A stretch of 20,000 bases of DNA from Spizellomyces punctatus DAOM BR117. Taxonomy: Eukaryota. Below the pieces are notes generated by a model, which was given only the letters and a program-made list of their open reading frames with translations, was not told the origin of the DNA and made no database searches. Shown piece after piece: positions 1-10,100 of this stretch (the stretch's first letter is position 1; each line of letters starts with the position of its first letter). The position numbers and the translations under genes were made by a program. The DNA is taken from the NCBI GenBank assembly GCA_000182565.2, contig KQ257454.1, one strand, 5' to 3'.

Positions 1-1639
1 AGCTTGCCATTCGCCATATTCTCGACCGTGCTCACCATATTGCGTTGGATACGGAGTTCACAGGACTGGGGAATAACAGGAAGACAAAGGATTCGTATGT
101 GTTTTCGGCGATCTCCTTGCTGCACTGAAGTTCATTCTCACGATCGTCATATCTTGTTTCGGTGTTGTGAGCAGAAATATTGAACTGCGCTACAGAGCCC
201 TTGCAGACGTTGCACGCACACATGCCATTGTGTCCTTTGGCATCTCTGTCTTCGAGGCAAAACCCTCGGCGAATTCCGCTGGCACCAAAGAGCATGGATA
301 CATCGTCCATAACTTCAATTTCCTCATGCTTCGATCAACCGAGTTTACCGTCAACTCTGAGAGTATGACCTTCTTGGTGGACAATGGTTTTGACTTTAAC
401 AGATTGTACAGAGATGGTATTTTCTATAAGCCGGGTGGGGATGAGGTGAGACGATGGGACATATATCACGCAATGATCATATTTCTCTGATCATGGACTG
501 CAGGCCGTAGATGTACCTCCCGAAGACACAAACCAGATCATGCGTTCGATTTTCGCCCATATCCTGTCGTTGAAGGTTCCTATAGTTGTTCACAACGGAC
601 TTCTGGACCTGCTGTTCATCTACTACTCGTTTCACGCCGATCTTCCCAATGAGCTGGGGACATTCGTTGCCGACATGTTGGAAATGTTTCCGGCGGGCAT
701 ATATGATACAAAATATGTGGCAGACTATGTGACGCGGGAGAAGGCGAGTTTTCTGGCATACCTGTTTCGAAAGTAGTAAGTTATCATTGCATACTCATAT
801 CGTGATGCAAGAGCTGGTCGTAACTATTTCGTGGATCCCTAGCGAGCGAGTACAACTTGCCCGCAGCATATCCAAGGAAACAGACTTCATTACATGCGAG
901 ATCAAGGACCGTATGCCTACCATCACACGGAAGTGGACCCCACCCCCTGCACCCACAAAGGGAAAAAGGGCGTTTCCGGACACTGGAAAACCTTTCTGCG
1001 AACAATATGCTGTATGTTTCAGTTGCGTCTCTGGTAATTAAGACGGCACATCTGACGTGTTGAATATAGGCTCATGGGATCTGCAACAGTGGGCGATATT
1101 GCACAAAGTCCCATGATCTGGATATCATTCTAGATGACGAGCTGGGAGCGCCCTCCGACGGAAATTCCTCAAAGCGACGGCGAAAGAGGCAAAAAAAGGA
1201 TGACGGCCCGGAATTGTCTGAAGCTGATAATCTGGGCAAGGTCGAGGATGGGGTTGATGATGAGGCTGTGGCTAAAGGGAACGTGGATGGATTGAACTTA
1301 GAGAACAGTTCTGTGGAAGGTCCCGTATCAAACCCAGCGATATCCACATTACAGACGCCCATGCCAACCGAGCTGCATCCGCCACCCCCTTCAGACGGAA
1401 CACTATTTGAGAAGTACCATTCGGCTTGCTTTGACGCGTACATGACCGGCTTCATTTTCGCACACCAATTATTGGAGCATGGCGGAGGGGAGCAAGGGAC
1501 CGCCGAGTTGCGAAATAAGATTTATCTGATGAGCAAGTCTATGCCTTTGTTGATACAAAAGAGCAAATTTTCAAAGACGAGTGAGGGACATCGAGCTAAA
1601 ATGAAGAAACTCGCAAAGGCGCACGCGAATGGGGGGTAG
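1..1639 (+). CDS. TOE1: TOE1/Caf1z-like DEDD 3'-5' exonuclease (deadenylase) with CCCH zinc finger; 5'-partial, start upstream of window
   Basis: Exons <1-94, 175-445, 504-775, 843-1011, 1070-1639 joined by GT-AG introns in consistent phase. The spliced protein has the CAF1-family motifs IALDTEFTGLG, FLVDNGFDFN, PIVVHNGLLDL, IYDTKY and YHSACFDAYMTG. A CCCH finger (CEQYAAHGICNSGRYCTKSHD) spans the last intron and is followed by a basic NLS-like KRRRKRQKK, matching TOE1 architecture. Confidence 0.9.
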
Positions 1640-1906
1640 GTATAAGATCTGAGGCCGGAGTTTTGTAAATAGATGTATATTGCATTAGAATACCCATGAT
1701 TTGATTACGGAAAAGCTCCGCGAATCGATAGTTCCCATGTTTATGAGGAATCCATATTTTCATGTTGGTTTGTATAGATCGCGTATCAGGTGATTGTGAG
1801 GAGAATCACCAGAAAACGCCTGAAAGCCATGGACGCAGCAACATTGAATATGCGCTCATAGTCGTTGGTTGTGCATGCGCACTTATCTGCAGTGGGACTC
1901 GTCCTA

Positions 1907-2971
1907 CTATGCAAATCCCGTTTCCTTCATTTTCCTTCTAACCAGGTCTTCGGTAGTCTGTATCTGGTCTTCCAAAGACATGTTTGAACTGTCCACCACA
2001 ACAGCGTCATCGGCCTTCAATAGAGGTCCTACTTCACGGGTCCGATCCGACAAATCTCTAGCCTCAATTTCCTTTAGCACTGTTTCCAGATCTGGAAGAT
2101 CACCCTTGGATTGCTTTCTCTGGAGTTCCTCCAACCGCCGCTTAGCTCTAACAAGTGGATCTGCTTCAAAAAAGATTTTGAGATGGGCTTGTTTAAGGAC
2201 GTTGGTGCCAATGTCTCGGCCGTCCATTACGACGCCGCTGGGGACTTGTGACTCGGGCGACACGTCTTTTGGGGCCAATTCAGCACAAAGGTCACCGAGT
2301 TCTTTTATCTGGTCCTTGAGACTTTGAACCTGTGCGAAATCTCCTTCGGAAGTTGCCGTAAATAGGGCCTTCTCAAGCTCGATCTTTTCCTGGAGGAACA
2401 TTGCGTACTCGGAATCAGCACTCGCCTCCTCGGGTGGGGGCTGCCCTTCCTTTCCTTCAGCAATAGCTCGCTGTTTGGAGCACAGAACCTCTCGTACTGA
2501 GGGTAAAGCTGCTATAGGGGCTACGGCGCGCGTGATCATTGGCAATCGGATCTCATCCGTCACATCGACCCCGTCCAAGTACACGTGCGTTATAGCTGTT
2601 CTGGCGTTATCCAGCTGATCAACGGGAAGTTGGGGTGTACGAAAAGCAAAATTGGTTTGAGAGGCCATATTTGTGATGGTTTGAGCGTCTTTCGTAGGGT
2701 CCAGATTCCACGCCATAGCTTTGAGTGTCAAGCCTCGATACATTGCCCCAGAGTCGATATATGTGAAGCCTAGACGCGACGCCACTGCACGGGCGGTCGT
2801 GCTTTTCCCGGACGCTGCTGGGCCATCTATGGCCACTTGGAAGCTCTTAATTGATGTGGAATAGTATTGGACTCTGGCGACAGGGAACAGGTTGGCGTTG
2901 AAGAGCGGAGATCGGAACCCTAGCACGGAGAGTCTGGGCTTAGGAAGCCAGTTTGCATAAACATGAAGCAT
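1907..2971 (-). CDS. cmk: Bacterial-type cytidylate kinase ((d)CMP kinase) with N-terminal presequence-like extension and ~70-aa internal insertion; true start uncertain
   Basis: Uninterrupted ORF with Cmk signature motifs VAIDGPAASGKST (P-loop), YIDSGAMYR, LDGVDVTDEIR, QRAIA, GVVMDGRDIGT, EADPLVRAKRR, RDLSDRTREVGPL and DAVVVDSSNMS. Confidence 0.92.
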   Translation of the reverse strand: MLHVYANWLPKPRLSVLGFRSPLFNANLFPVARVQYYSTSIKSFQVAIDGPAASGKSTTARAVASRLGFTYIDSGAMYRGLTLKAMAWNLDPTKDAQTITNMASQTNFAFRTPQLPVDQLDNARTAITHVYLDGVDVTDEIRLPMITRAVAPIAALPSVREVLCSKQRAIAEGKEGQPPPEEASADSEYAMFLQEKIELEKALFTATSEGDFAQVQSLKDQIKELGDLCAELAPKDVSPESQVPSGVVMDGRDIGTNVLKQAHLKIFFEADPLVRAKRRLEELQRKQSKGDLPDLETVLKEIEARDLSDRTREVGPLLKADDAVVVDSSNMSLEDQIQTTEDLVRRKMKETGFA

Positions 2972-3235
2972 AAACAGAGAAAGATGATAAGATGTGAAAA
3001 CGTTATAAAGGCTCTAAAGAAGATGAAAAGATGCTCCTTACCTGCAACATGTTTCAGAGAAGGAGGGAGGATGGCGATGAATGATCTCAAAGGCGACTCG
3101 TGCAGCAATGTCCAAATAAATCGATGATCGGCTTAGTAAGCAATGAGTCAGCAATTTTGTGACTTGAGGTGCCGACACTGGGTCTTGTTTGAATTGTTGG
3201 GTCTTCCTGTGCGATCACCGTAGCGACGGAAGAGA

Positions 3236-5658
3236 ATGACATACCTGGCCAAATTAGCGACCGCTCTCACTGCCAAGCGGCTGCTGGATCATGTCACCGT
3301 CACATTACCTCACCCACCGCCTGTCGCAGAACAGCTTACTACCATTCTCTTGGGAGCACACTGTTGTCCTCGGTGTGTGCTGAGGTTTTTGGGTGTGAGG
3401 GATAGGAACGTCCACGCAAACCTATTAGCGTTAACAAGAGAATGGAGTGGACTGCCTTTTGGCGGGCAGCACGTGAATGGAGAGACCCAGGCAGAGGAGG
3501 TTGGAGTGGAGGGGGAGGCGGAGTCGGAAGACGGCGTGGAAGCAAAGAGACTGAAGCTAGAGATAGAAGACGGAAAAACTGTTGGTGGTTCGTGTCTTCC
3601 TGCTCTATGAGACGTTTTAGAAGAGTGTTACATATTGAAAAGCTGCTACATCTAGTCCCTAACCCAACATCACCCGCAAATCCTGTGATGCAAACCGCAC
3701 TACCAATGCCCTCCAATGATTCAGCACCCCAACGGACCTGTTCTGCGTGTCTAGGACTTTTACAGTGCGACCACCACGACCTTGCTGGAAAGGCCTTTAA
3801 GCTCTTTCAAAGCGAAGGGTACTCGCTCGGCTCCAATAACAAAACCTTTCTCTTGAGCATGCGATTACCTCCGCAGCTTGCAATTCGTCAGAGATCGTTT
3901 GTACTGCTGGTGGAAAAAGAGATGGGGTAGGTTCCTTGTGCATTTCGGGGATGTAGAGGCTGAGGCTTATGCCAATTTCGAAGGGCGGACATGATTGATG
4001 GTTCCGTCTCAGTTGAGGTCAAAGAGATATTGAAGTATTTAATATCGGATGCGTTTGCTGAGACGTCCAGTATAACGTACGATCCAGAGGTACTTCTTAT
4101 GATGTCCCCAACAATAATGTACGAGCTTGTAGGCGAGATTATAACGATCTTTCTAGAGCCCGTTCTCGTTGACTGTGCATTATGATCACCCGCAAACAAA
4201 GAAGGAATATGAATTCATGACCAAAATTCCAGAAGCTGACTTCAAAATTAAGACGTCACGTCAAAAGGTGAGTAATGGGTAGATGCGGTGCGCTCAGGGT
4301 CATTCTTGCTTCTTCTATTTGAGCTCACCGTTTCTGGGATGCCCCTCTCACAAAGGGGCAAATTCTTGTTCATGGCACCTCTTTTGAAAAGATCGCGAAA
4401 TCGGTTGATAAACTCTCGTATACACATTTTGCAGAGTAAGCAATGGAGTGGTGATGCGTGAATCAATCTTAGTGCATGTGAAACGATGCATTGGACTTAC
4501 CGTGATTTTCAAAGTGCGGCGATGTGTCCTCCGCCAATAGTGACAAAGCCTCCTCGATTGGTTGAGCTAGGACTGCAGCATGCTCCCATCTACGTCGCAG
4601 GTAGGCATTTTGATGTAATCAGTAACATGATACGTGTGCTAACTTGACTGCTGTGGAGGTCGCTACCTGAAGCTTCAGCGTCACATTAGCAACTCTCCAT
4701 GGGAAATTGGCGGCAAGCGAATGACCGAGCATTCTGTGGAGGAACTGATTGCGAACAAAGTGGACGCATTTTTCCGTAATGATGGTACAAATGCGGTAAA
4801 TGTGAGCAACATATGCCTGTAAGCTGATCGCACCCTTATGTAGGACACAAATTCTATTCTTCTGGGCGGGAGGATGCCGATGTGCTCATGCTTGGACGGG
4901 GCCGACCATACTATCTGGAGTTGGTCAATCCCCGACGCGTGGAGGCATCTGAGACCGAATTGAAGGCATTGCAGGACACGATCAATAAAGAAGCGAACGG
5001 GATGGTACTGTCAAGGGATATGCAAATTGTGCCGAGGTATGCGAAGAGGTCGATTAGAGCATTTGAATGCATCCACACTAACGGTTCTCAACAGAGAGGA
5101 GACTAAAATCTTAAAAGATGCCGCTAATACAAAGTCAAAGAGTTACTCGTAAGTAATACATGGACACAGTGTTGGGCAAATGTGCAATTGCTAAGGCCGA
5201 TATAACGATCAGAACGCTTGTGAAGCTGGCTTCACCGGTGACGGCCGAAGCTTTGGATAAAGTATCCAAAATAAGGGACCTTGCTATCAAGCAGCAAAAT
5301 CCGACTCGAGTACCACGGTAATTTCATGAGGCGGGCGTGTTTTCTGCAAACACTGATTAACCTCAGCCGCTACTCTCGTAGCCGAGCGGACCTAATGCGA
5401 GATAAGGTCATCGAATCCCTTCGGGTGTACCCAGCTGCCCCAACAACTGTTTCACCGACCGATGAAGTCCGTGTCGACTTGCGCACGAGCGCCGGAACGT
5501 ATGTTAAAGAGTTTGTTCATGGGGATAATGGACGTACGAATCCGAATTTGGCCAGCTTGCTTGGTGTAGAGTGGGCCAAGGTTTTGGAGTTGGATGTGCT
5601 GGAGGTACACTTGGATTGGCCCAAACAGATCGATTCGGAGATAGCACCGTTGATATAG
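3236..5658 (+). CDS. PUS10: tRNA pseudouridine synthase Pus10 (Psi54/55)
   Basis: Eleven exons: 3236-3587, 3656-3926, 3984-4089, 4157-4267, 4356-4435, 4515-4600, 4659-4784, 4844-5036, 5095-5148, 5213-5317, 5382-5658. Motifs: N-terminal Zn ligands CPRC and CSAC, IYVAGRYLKLQRHISNSPW, catalytic SSGREDADVLMLGRGRP, QQNPTRVPRR, TSAGTYVKEFVHGDNGRT and LELDVL. Confidence 0.93.
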
Positions 5659-5783
5659 ACAGGCAGAACACAAATGTGTAGATTTTCATGTATTTAATAG
5701 CGCGGTTGTAGCAATATCTACCTTCATATAAAAATGCATTTCATCTAGAACGGCAAACCAAACAAAAACCCGATCCCGACAGT

Positions 5784-6554
5784 TCATCCTAAAAGATTTG
5801 ATTTTCCAACTGCATACCCAACGGCAGCGGCCGCAGCAGCGAAGCCAACCAGCCATCCCACTACCTTGTTGTCAATCAACGAAAGGCCCCGACGCGCTAC
5901 AGTACCATGCGTGAATTCCGCCCCATCTCGTACATAATATCTTGCAAACAAGTCGTTTTGAATCCACAACAGCTTTGATAATGCTGCCAACGTCTTTGCC
6001 CTTCCCTCCGGATCTGCCTGCAAGGCCGGGTGTGCATCCAGGGTCTCGATCAAGAACCCATGTAGCCAGGCAAACAGAGCATTGACGTGAATGTATTCAA
6101 CGTTGATTTTTGACTTTTTCGACGGCGTATCAGTATGAATCTTGCCCACCCAATCCAAGTACGTCACGAAAGCCTTGTCGTACGACCCAGTCACCAGTTT
6201 TACGAGATATTTTCCCAAAAAGTCTTTTCTGAATTTGATTTGCTCCGAATCCAAGACAAGATGATCCAAGTCGCTGGCGAGCTGACCCTCAAACCCCTGA
6301 TTCCGCTGCAAAAAGACGCCCTTGGTAATGTCAAACGAAAAGAGACGCTCGTAAACCTTATCCACAATCGTTGGGACAAGAGGAGCGACAAGGGGAGCGG
6401 CTGCCTTGAGAGCAGCGATATCGGTTTCGTTAAAGTTTGCAAATTCCGAGACGTACGTGAAGCGGTAGTACGTGTCAGTGTAAAGACGCGGTCTGTCAAT
6501 GTGTTTGGGAGCCGCGGGCGTAGGAGTTGTTGAAGTCGGATTAAGAGGAGCCAT
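5784..6554 (-). CDS. Protoglobin/globin-sensor-type single-domain globin with C-terminal hydrophobic (putative tail-anchor) segment
   Basis: Intronless 256-aa ORF. RFTYVSEFANFNETDIAAL, IVDKVYERLFSF, YLDWVGKIHT (candidate proximal His), INVEYIHVNAL and ALSKLLWIQNDLF resemble fungal and bacterial protoglobin-family sensor globins. It ends in VVGWLVGFAAAAAAVGYAVGKSNLLG. Confidence 0.82.
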   Translation of the reverse strand: MAPLNPTSTTPTPAAPKHIDRPRLYTDTYYRFTYVSEFANFNETDIAALKAAAPLVAPLVPTIVDKVYERLFSFDITKGVFLQRNQGFEGQLASDLDHLVLDSEQIKFRKDFLGKYLVKLVTGSYDKAFVTYLDWVGKIHTDTPSKKSKINVEYIHVNALFAWLHGFLIETLDAHPALQADPEGRAKTLAALSKLLWIQNDLFARYYVRDGAEFTHGTVARRGLSLIDNKVVGWLVGFAAAAAAVGYAVGKSNLLG

Positions 6555-6656
6555 GTTTTGCGATTATTCGTCAGAAGGGGATGGTGATAATCAGCACGAG
6601 TGTGAGTGAAGAATGCAAAAGTTGGAGGTTGGGGGGGACGGAGAGGAAAGCTCGCC

Positions 6657-6666
6657 CTTTATATAT
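6657..6666 (-). promoter_or_regulatory. Candidate TATA box of the globin gene
   Basis: The minus strand reads ACATATATAAAGGG about 105 nt upstream of the globin ATG at 6554. Confidence 0.5.
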
Positions 6667-7114
6667 GTGGCAAAACCCGCCTTGAAAATGATGCGATGCG
6701 TCAAAAGCGACGGATTGAAACTCCGATTGCGTCGCCCATGGGAGTCATCGACTCTCATGGTTACCAGGAATGAGTCACACTCTACGCCAACCCAGGTTAC
6801 TGGAAATTCTAAATATGGAAAATAAACAAGCTGCGTTGTTGCAAGGACGGGATTATCGGATAACATCGGGTGGGAGTGTTATTGTGTGTGTGTGCAAAAA
6901 AAGGAGGTGTGCTAAATGGGTCAAAGGAGGAGAACAGGAGGCCGCATAGACAAACGGAGCGCGCGCCGAGAATTTATGGCACACTATTCACGTCTTTCAA
7001 AGGGGGGACATTTCAACTAAAACTGTTTAATAAATCCTGCATGGACTCGTAAAAGGCAAAAACTTGCCAGCATGGGCTGGTGTTCAGTTCAACAACGAGC
7101 CATAGCACGCTGTA

Positions 7115-10100
7115 TCACATTAATCCCCGTACAAGTAATCCCTCCACCCTCTTAGCCAGGACTTGAATAATTCCTCTGCGCTCATACTCCCCCTCTTCAA
7201 ATTCCTTTATGCGCTTCTTGACAAGATCAATTTGCTCTAGCACGGAACGGCAGTCCTTACCTTGCGCCGTCGCACTGTCAGCTTCCTGTTGGAGGCCTGT
7301 GAGCAAAATGTGGTTTTGAGCGTGCTGAGCCTGGAGGTGACTGTAGTATTGCAATTGGGATTCGATAAGCGTAATTTCCGATGGCTGCTGTTGGATGGAT
7401 GGGTGGGGAGCGCTTGGTCTGGTGGTTTCGGACTGTGCGGGTGGAATGCTCGCACTGTTTGCTGGACGCGATGATAGCAATTGTTCGGATGGCGTGGTAG
7501 CACGCCTTTCGCATGAAAGTGCATGTATCGGTGCGAGTGACCCACTCGTTGGTATTGCGCGAAGCGATGATTGTGACTGGTGCGGTATGGGTGACTGCGG
7601 CGATATCGGTGGAAGATGCATCGACGATGTGAGTTTCGGGACGTGCTCGCTTGTGCTTATAGTCGAATCGCCGACTGCATCACTTCCTACTTGCGCTTCT
7701 GGTACTAGGAGTGTCGCGAAGGTAATGGCACTACCGTTACTGACTGCAGTCGCTATAAAAGGGTCTTCAAGCAAAAACCCAGGCTTTCTCGGTGGCGGTC
7801 TCGGACGCCGTGGAATGGGAGGTTTGGGGATCGGCGGGACAGCTACAGGCAGGTTTTCAGAATTTTGTTTCTTGGGCGGTACCACGGCGGACGGAGCAGG
7901 CGTTGTGCTCCGCAACCGCTCCGGGTATAATTGAATCGGTTGTGCTGGTGGAATAGGTCTTTACGTGCGGGAGAAAAACATTGTAGAAACATTGCATGTA
8001 ACTTCAAATGCAGAGCGCATATAAGTGATTACCTGCTTTGTGGTCCAGGAATAGTGAAAAATGCCTCTTTATCGAGTTCCCGGAAAAGTTCCTTACGATG
8101 GACCGCTACTCGTAGAACCTATCAATGGTTTGCCGACGACAGTGCAAAGAAAGAAATCACTCACTCTCCGACAGTGGTCTGTGGTCCCTTGACGCCAGCA
8201 CCTTAGCCCGCCATTTGAAAGCAAATTTTTGCACCTTGCGCAATGACTCCACGGCTGTTGCAGCTTGATCGTTCAAGGCATTTTCGGTTTGCGTCGTGCG
8301 TATTGCCTCCGCGACCTATAGTCATAGGCCTGAATATTTCCATGTTTGTCTATCATGATGAAGACAGCAAGCCAACCTTGAGCCACTGCACAGCAACTCT
8401 CCGCATCGTCCTCTCCCTCTTCCATCCCATGGCATCCTTGATCCTCTCGTTCAGCTCTCGCTTGGTTCGCACGTACTCTATCCATGCATGGAAGGTCTTG
8501 CGCGTTATTCCCATGCCCCAGAAAATGATGGGTTGGCGAACATTTGATTCGTAAATCGCAGCCCAGTCTGGACGTGAAGAATACCAACATTGAAAGTACC
8601 GACTCAATAGCTTACGGTGCTGGAACGCAGTCGACTTTTTCAGGGATTTCTGGGTGTGATTATGGCATTGGTTCAATGGAAATGTATATCTCCTGATGGA
8701 AACGGTAACATCATACCTTGGTCCAGCGCTGATGAGCACAAAGTCCCTTCCAAGCATACAGTGCCTTGCCCACCAGGGAACGTTCATGAAATCGTGCAGC
8801 TTCGACTTCGAGAGCTCTCTTGTATCTTTCAATGCGAAAACGGAAGATCCACTTTCTCATAGCACATTGCAATTTCACTAAACGTTTCACCGGCTTGTAA
8901 AAAATTTCCAAACCATCTGGCACGATGAGATCCTTACCACGCGATAATGCGGCATGTGCTTCGCCGAGAACCTTTTGTTTAAATGCTCTCTCTTCTGAGC
9001 GCACATCGGCATACTCTTTCCAACCATGAATAATCTGTCATCACTTGTCAAACAGAAGGCCGACAGTTACCATAGCACAAACCAAAATTCTTTACCTTAC
9101 GACATAACCGTTGTTCCCATTTTTGCAACGCATGAGCCAGTTCCAAACGATTTTGGCGCGATTCAATCATTCTCTCACGCCATGTTCGCATAGAGTGTAG
9201 GAGAAGCCTATAAGCCCGCCGATCCGCAAAGTTTGAATATACAGCATGAAAGGCAGAGCGTGCATCCACGGCTGACTGTTTGATAATCTATGAGATTCAT
9301 ATAGTCGGTAGATTTGATTTAATTCTCACCTTCCACGCGAAAATATATTGTCGTTGAGTCTGCCGGTCTGCATGCGCGACGGCCATTCGCCATTTTACTC
9401 GATCTTGGTGTACCTCCTCCAGCTTCTATAAACGAAAATAACAAAGATGATGCTTGAATACGAAAAAAAAAACTCGCGGTAGAACGTGATTTCCATACCT
9501 TACGCCATATTTTCCATACCAGCCTCATCACATTCAGATACCGATGCCGAACGGCCTGCCGCCATCTTGACATTTTATGACTGGATTCATCTGCATACAC
9601 CCACCAAGCATTTATCACTTTACGAGCCACGGCAGAATTCCGATGATATATGGCTAGCGCCTACAAAAGCAACGAGGTTACGGAGTCTAGCGCACAATAC
9701 ACACAGTTGCTAGGAAGCCCTACCTGCTTATTTCGGGCGTCAATTTGCGACCTCGCGTGCCGCCGGAGAACGTTCAGCGCATTTCTCATACACAATGTAT
9801 CGTGGAAGGTCGCGAGCTGCATGCAGCGGTTTTTGTTTGTCACTTATTTTTGAACTGATACGTAACTCATGCCATGCTAACCTTTTTTGTAAGGATATGT
9901 TCACTTTGACGTTCAGTGAGAGCGGTAGTCCACGTAACCCAAAATCGTCGTAGTAGAGTACAGCTGTAATGCTGCGCTGCTGCATCACGTTGACGCTTTT
10001 TCAAAGAAGCTACAATAGCATGGTTTTGAAGCGTTCGAATGGCGTGCCGCAATAGTTGTCGATCACGAAAGTCTTCGGCTTTATGGTATCGCTCCTAAAC

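Noticed and set aside
1869-2327. 152-aa plus-strand ORF, and the many similar antisense or alternate-frame ORFs (e.g. 6135-6533, 7395-7934, 15836-16264)
   Set aside because: These are shadows of real coding exons on the opposite strand or in another frame. Many start at non-ATG codons and none has a recognisable motif.
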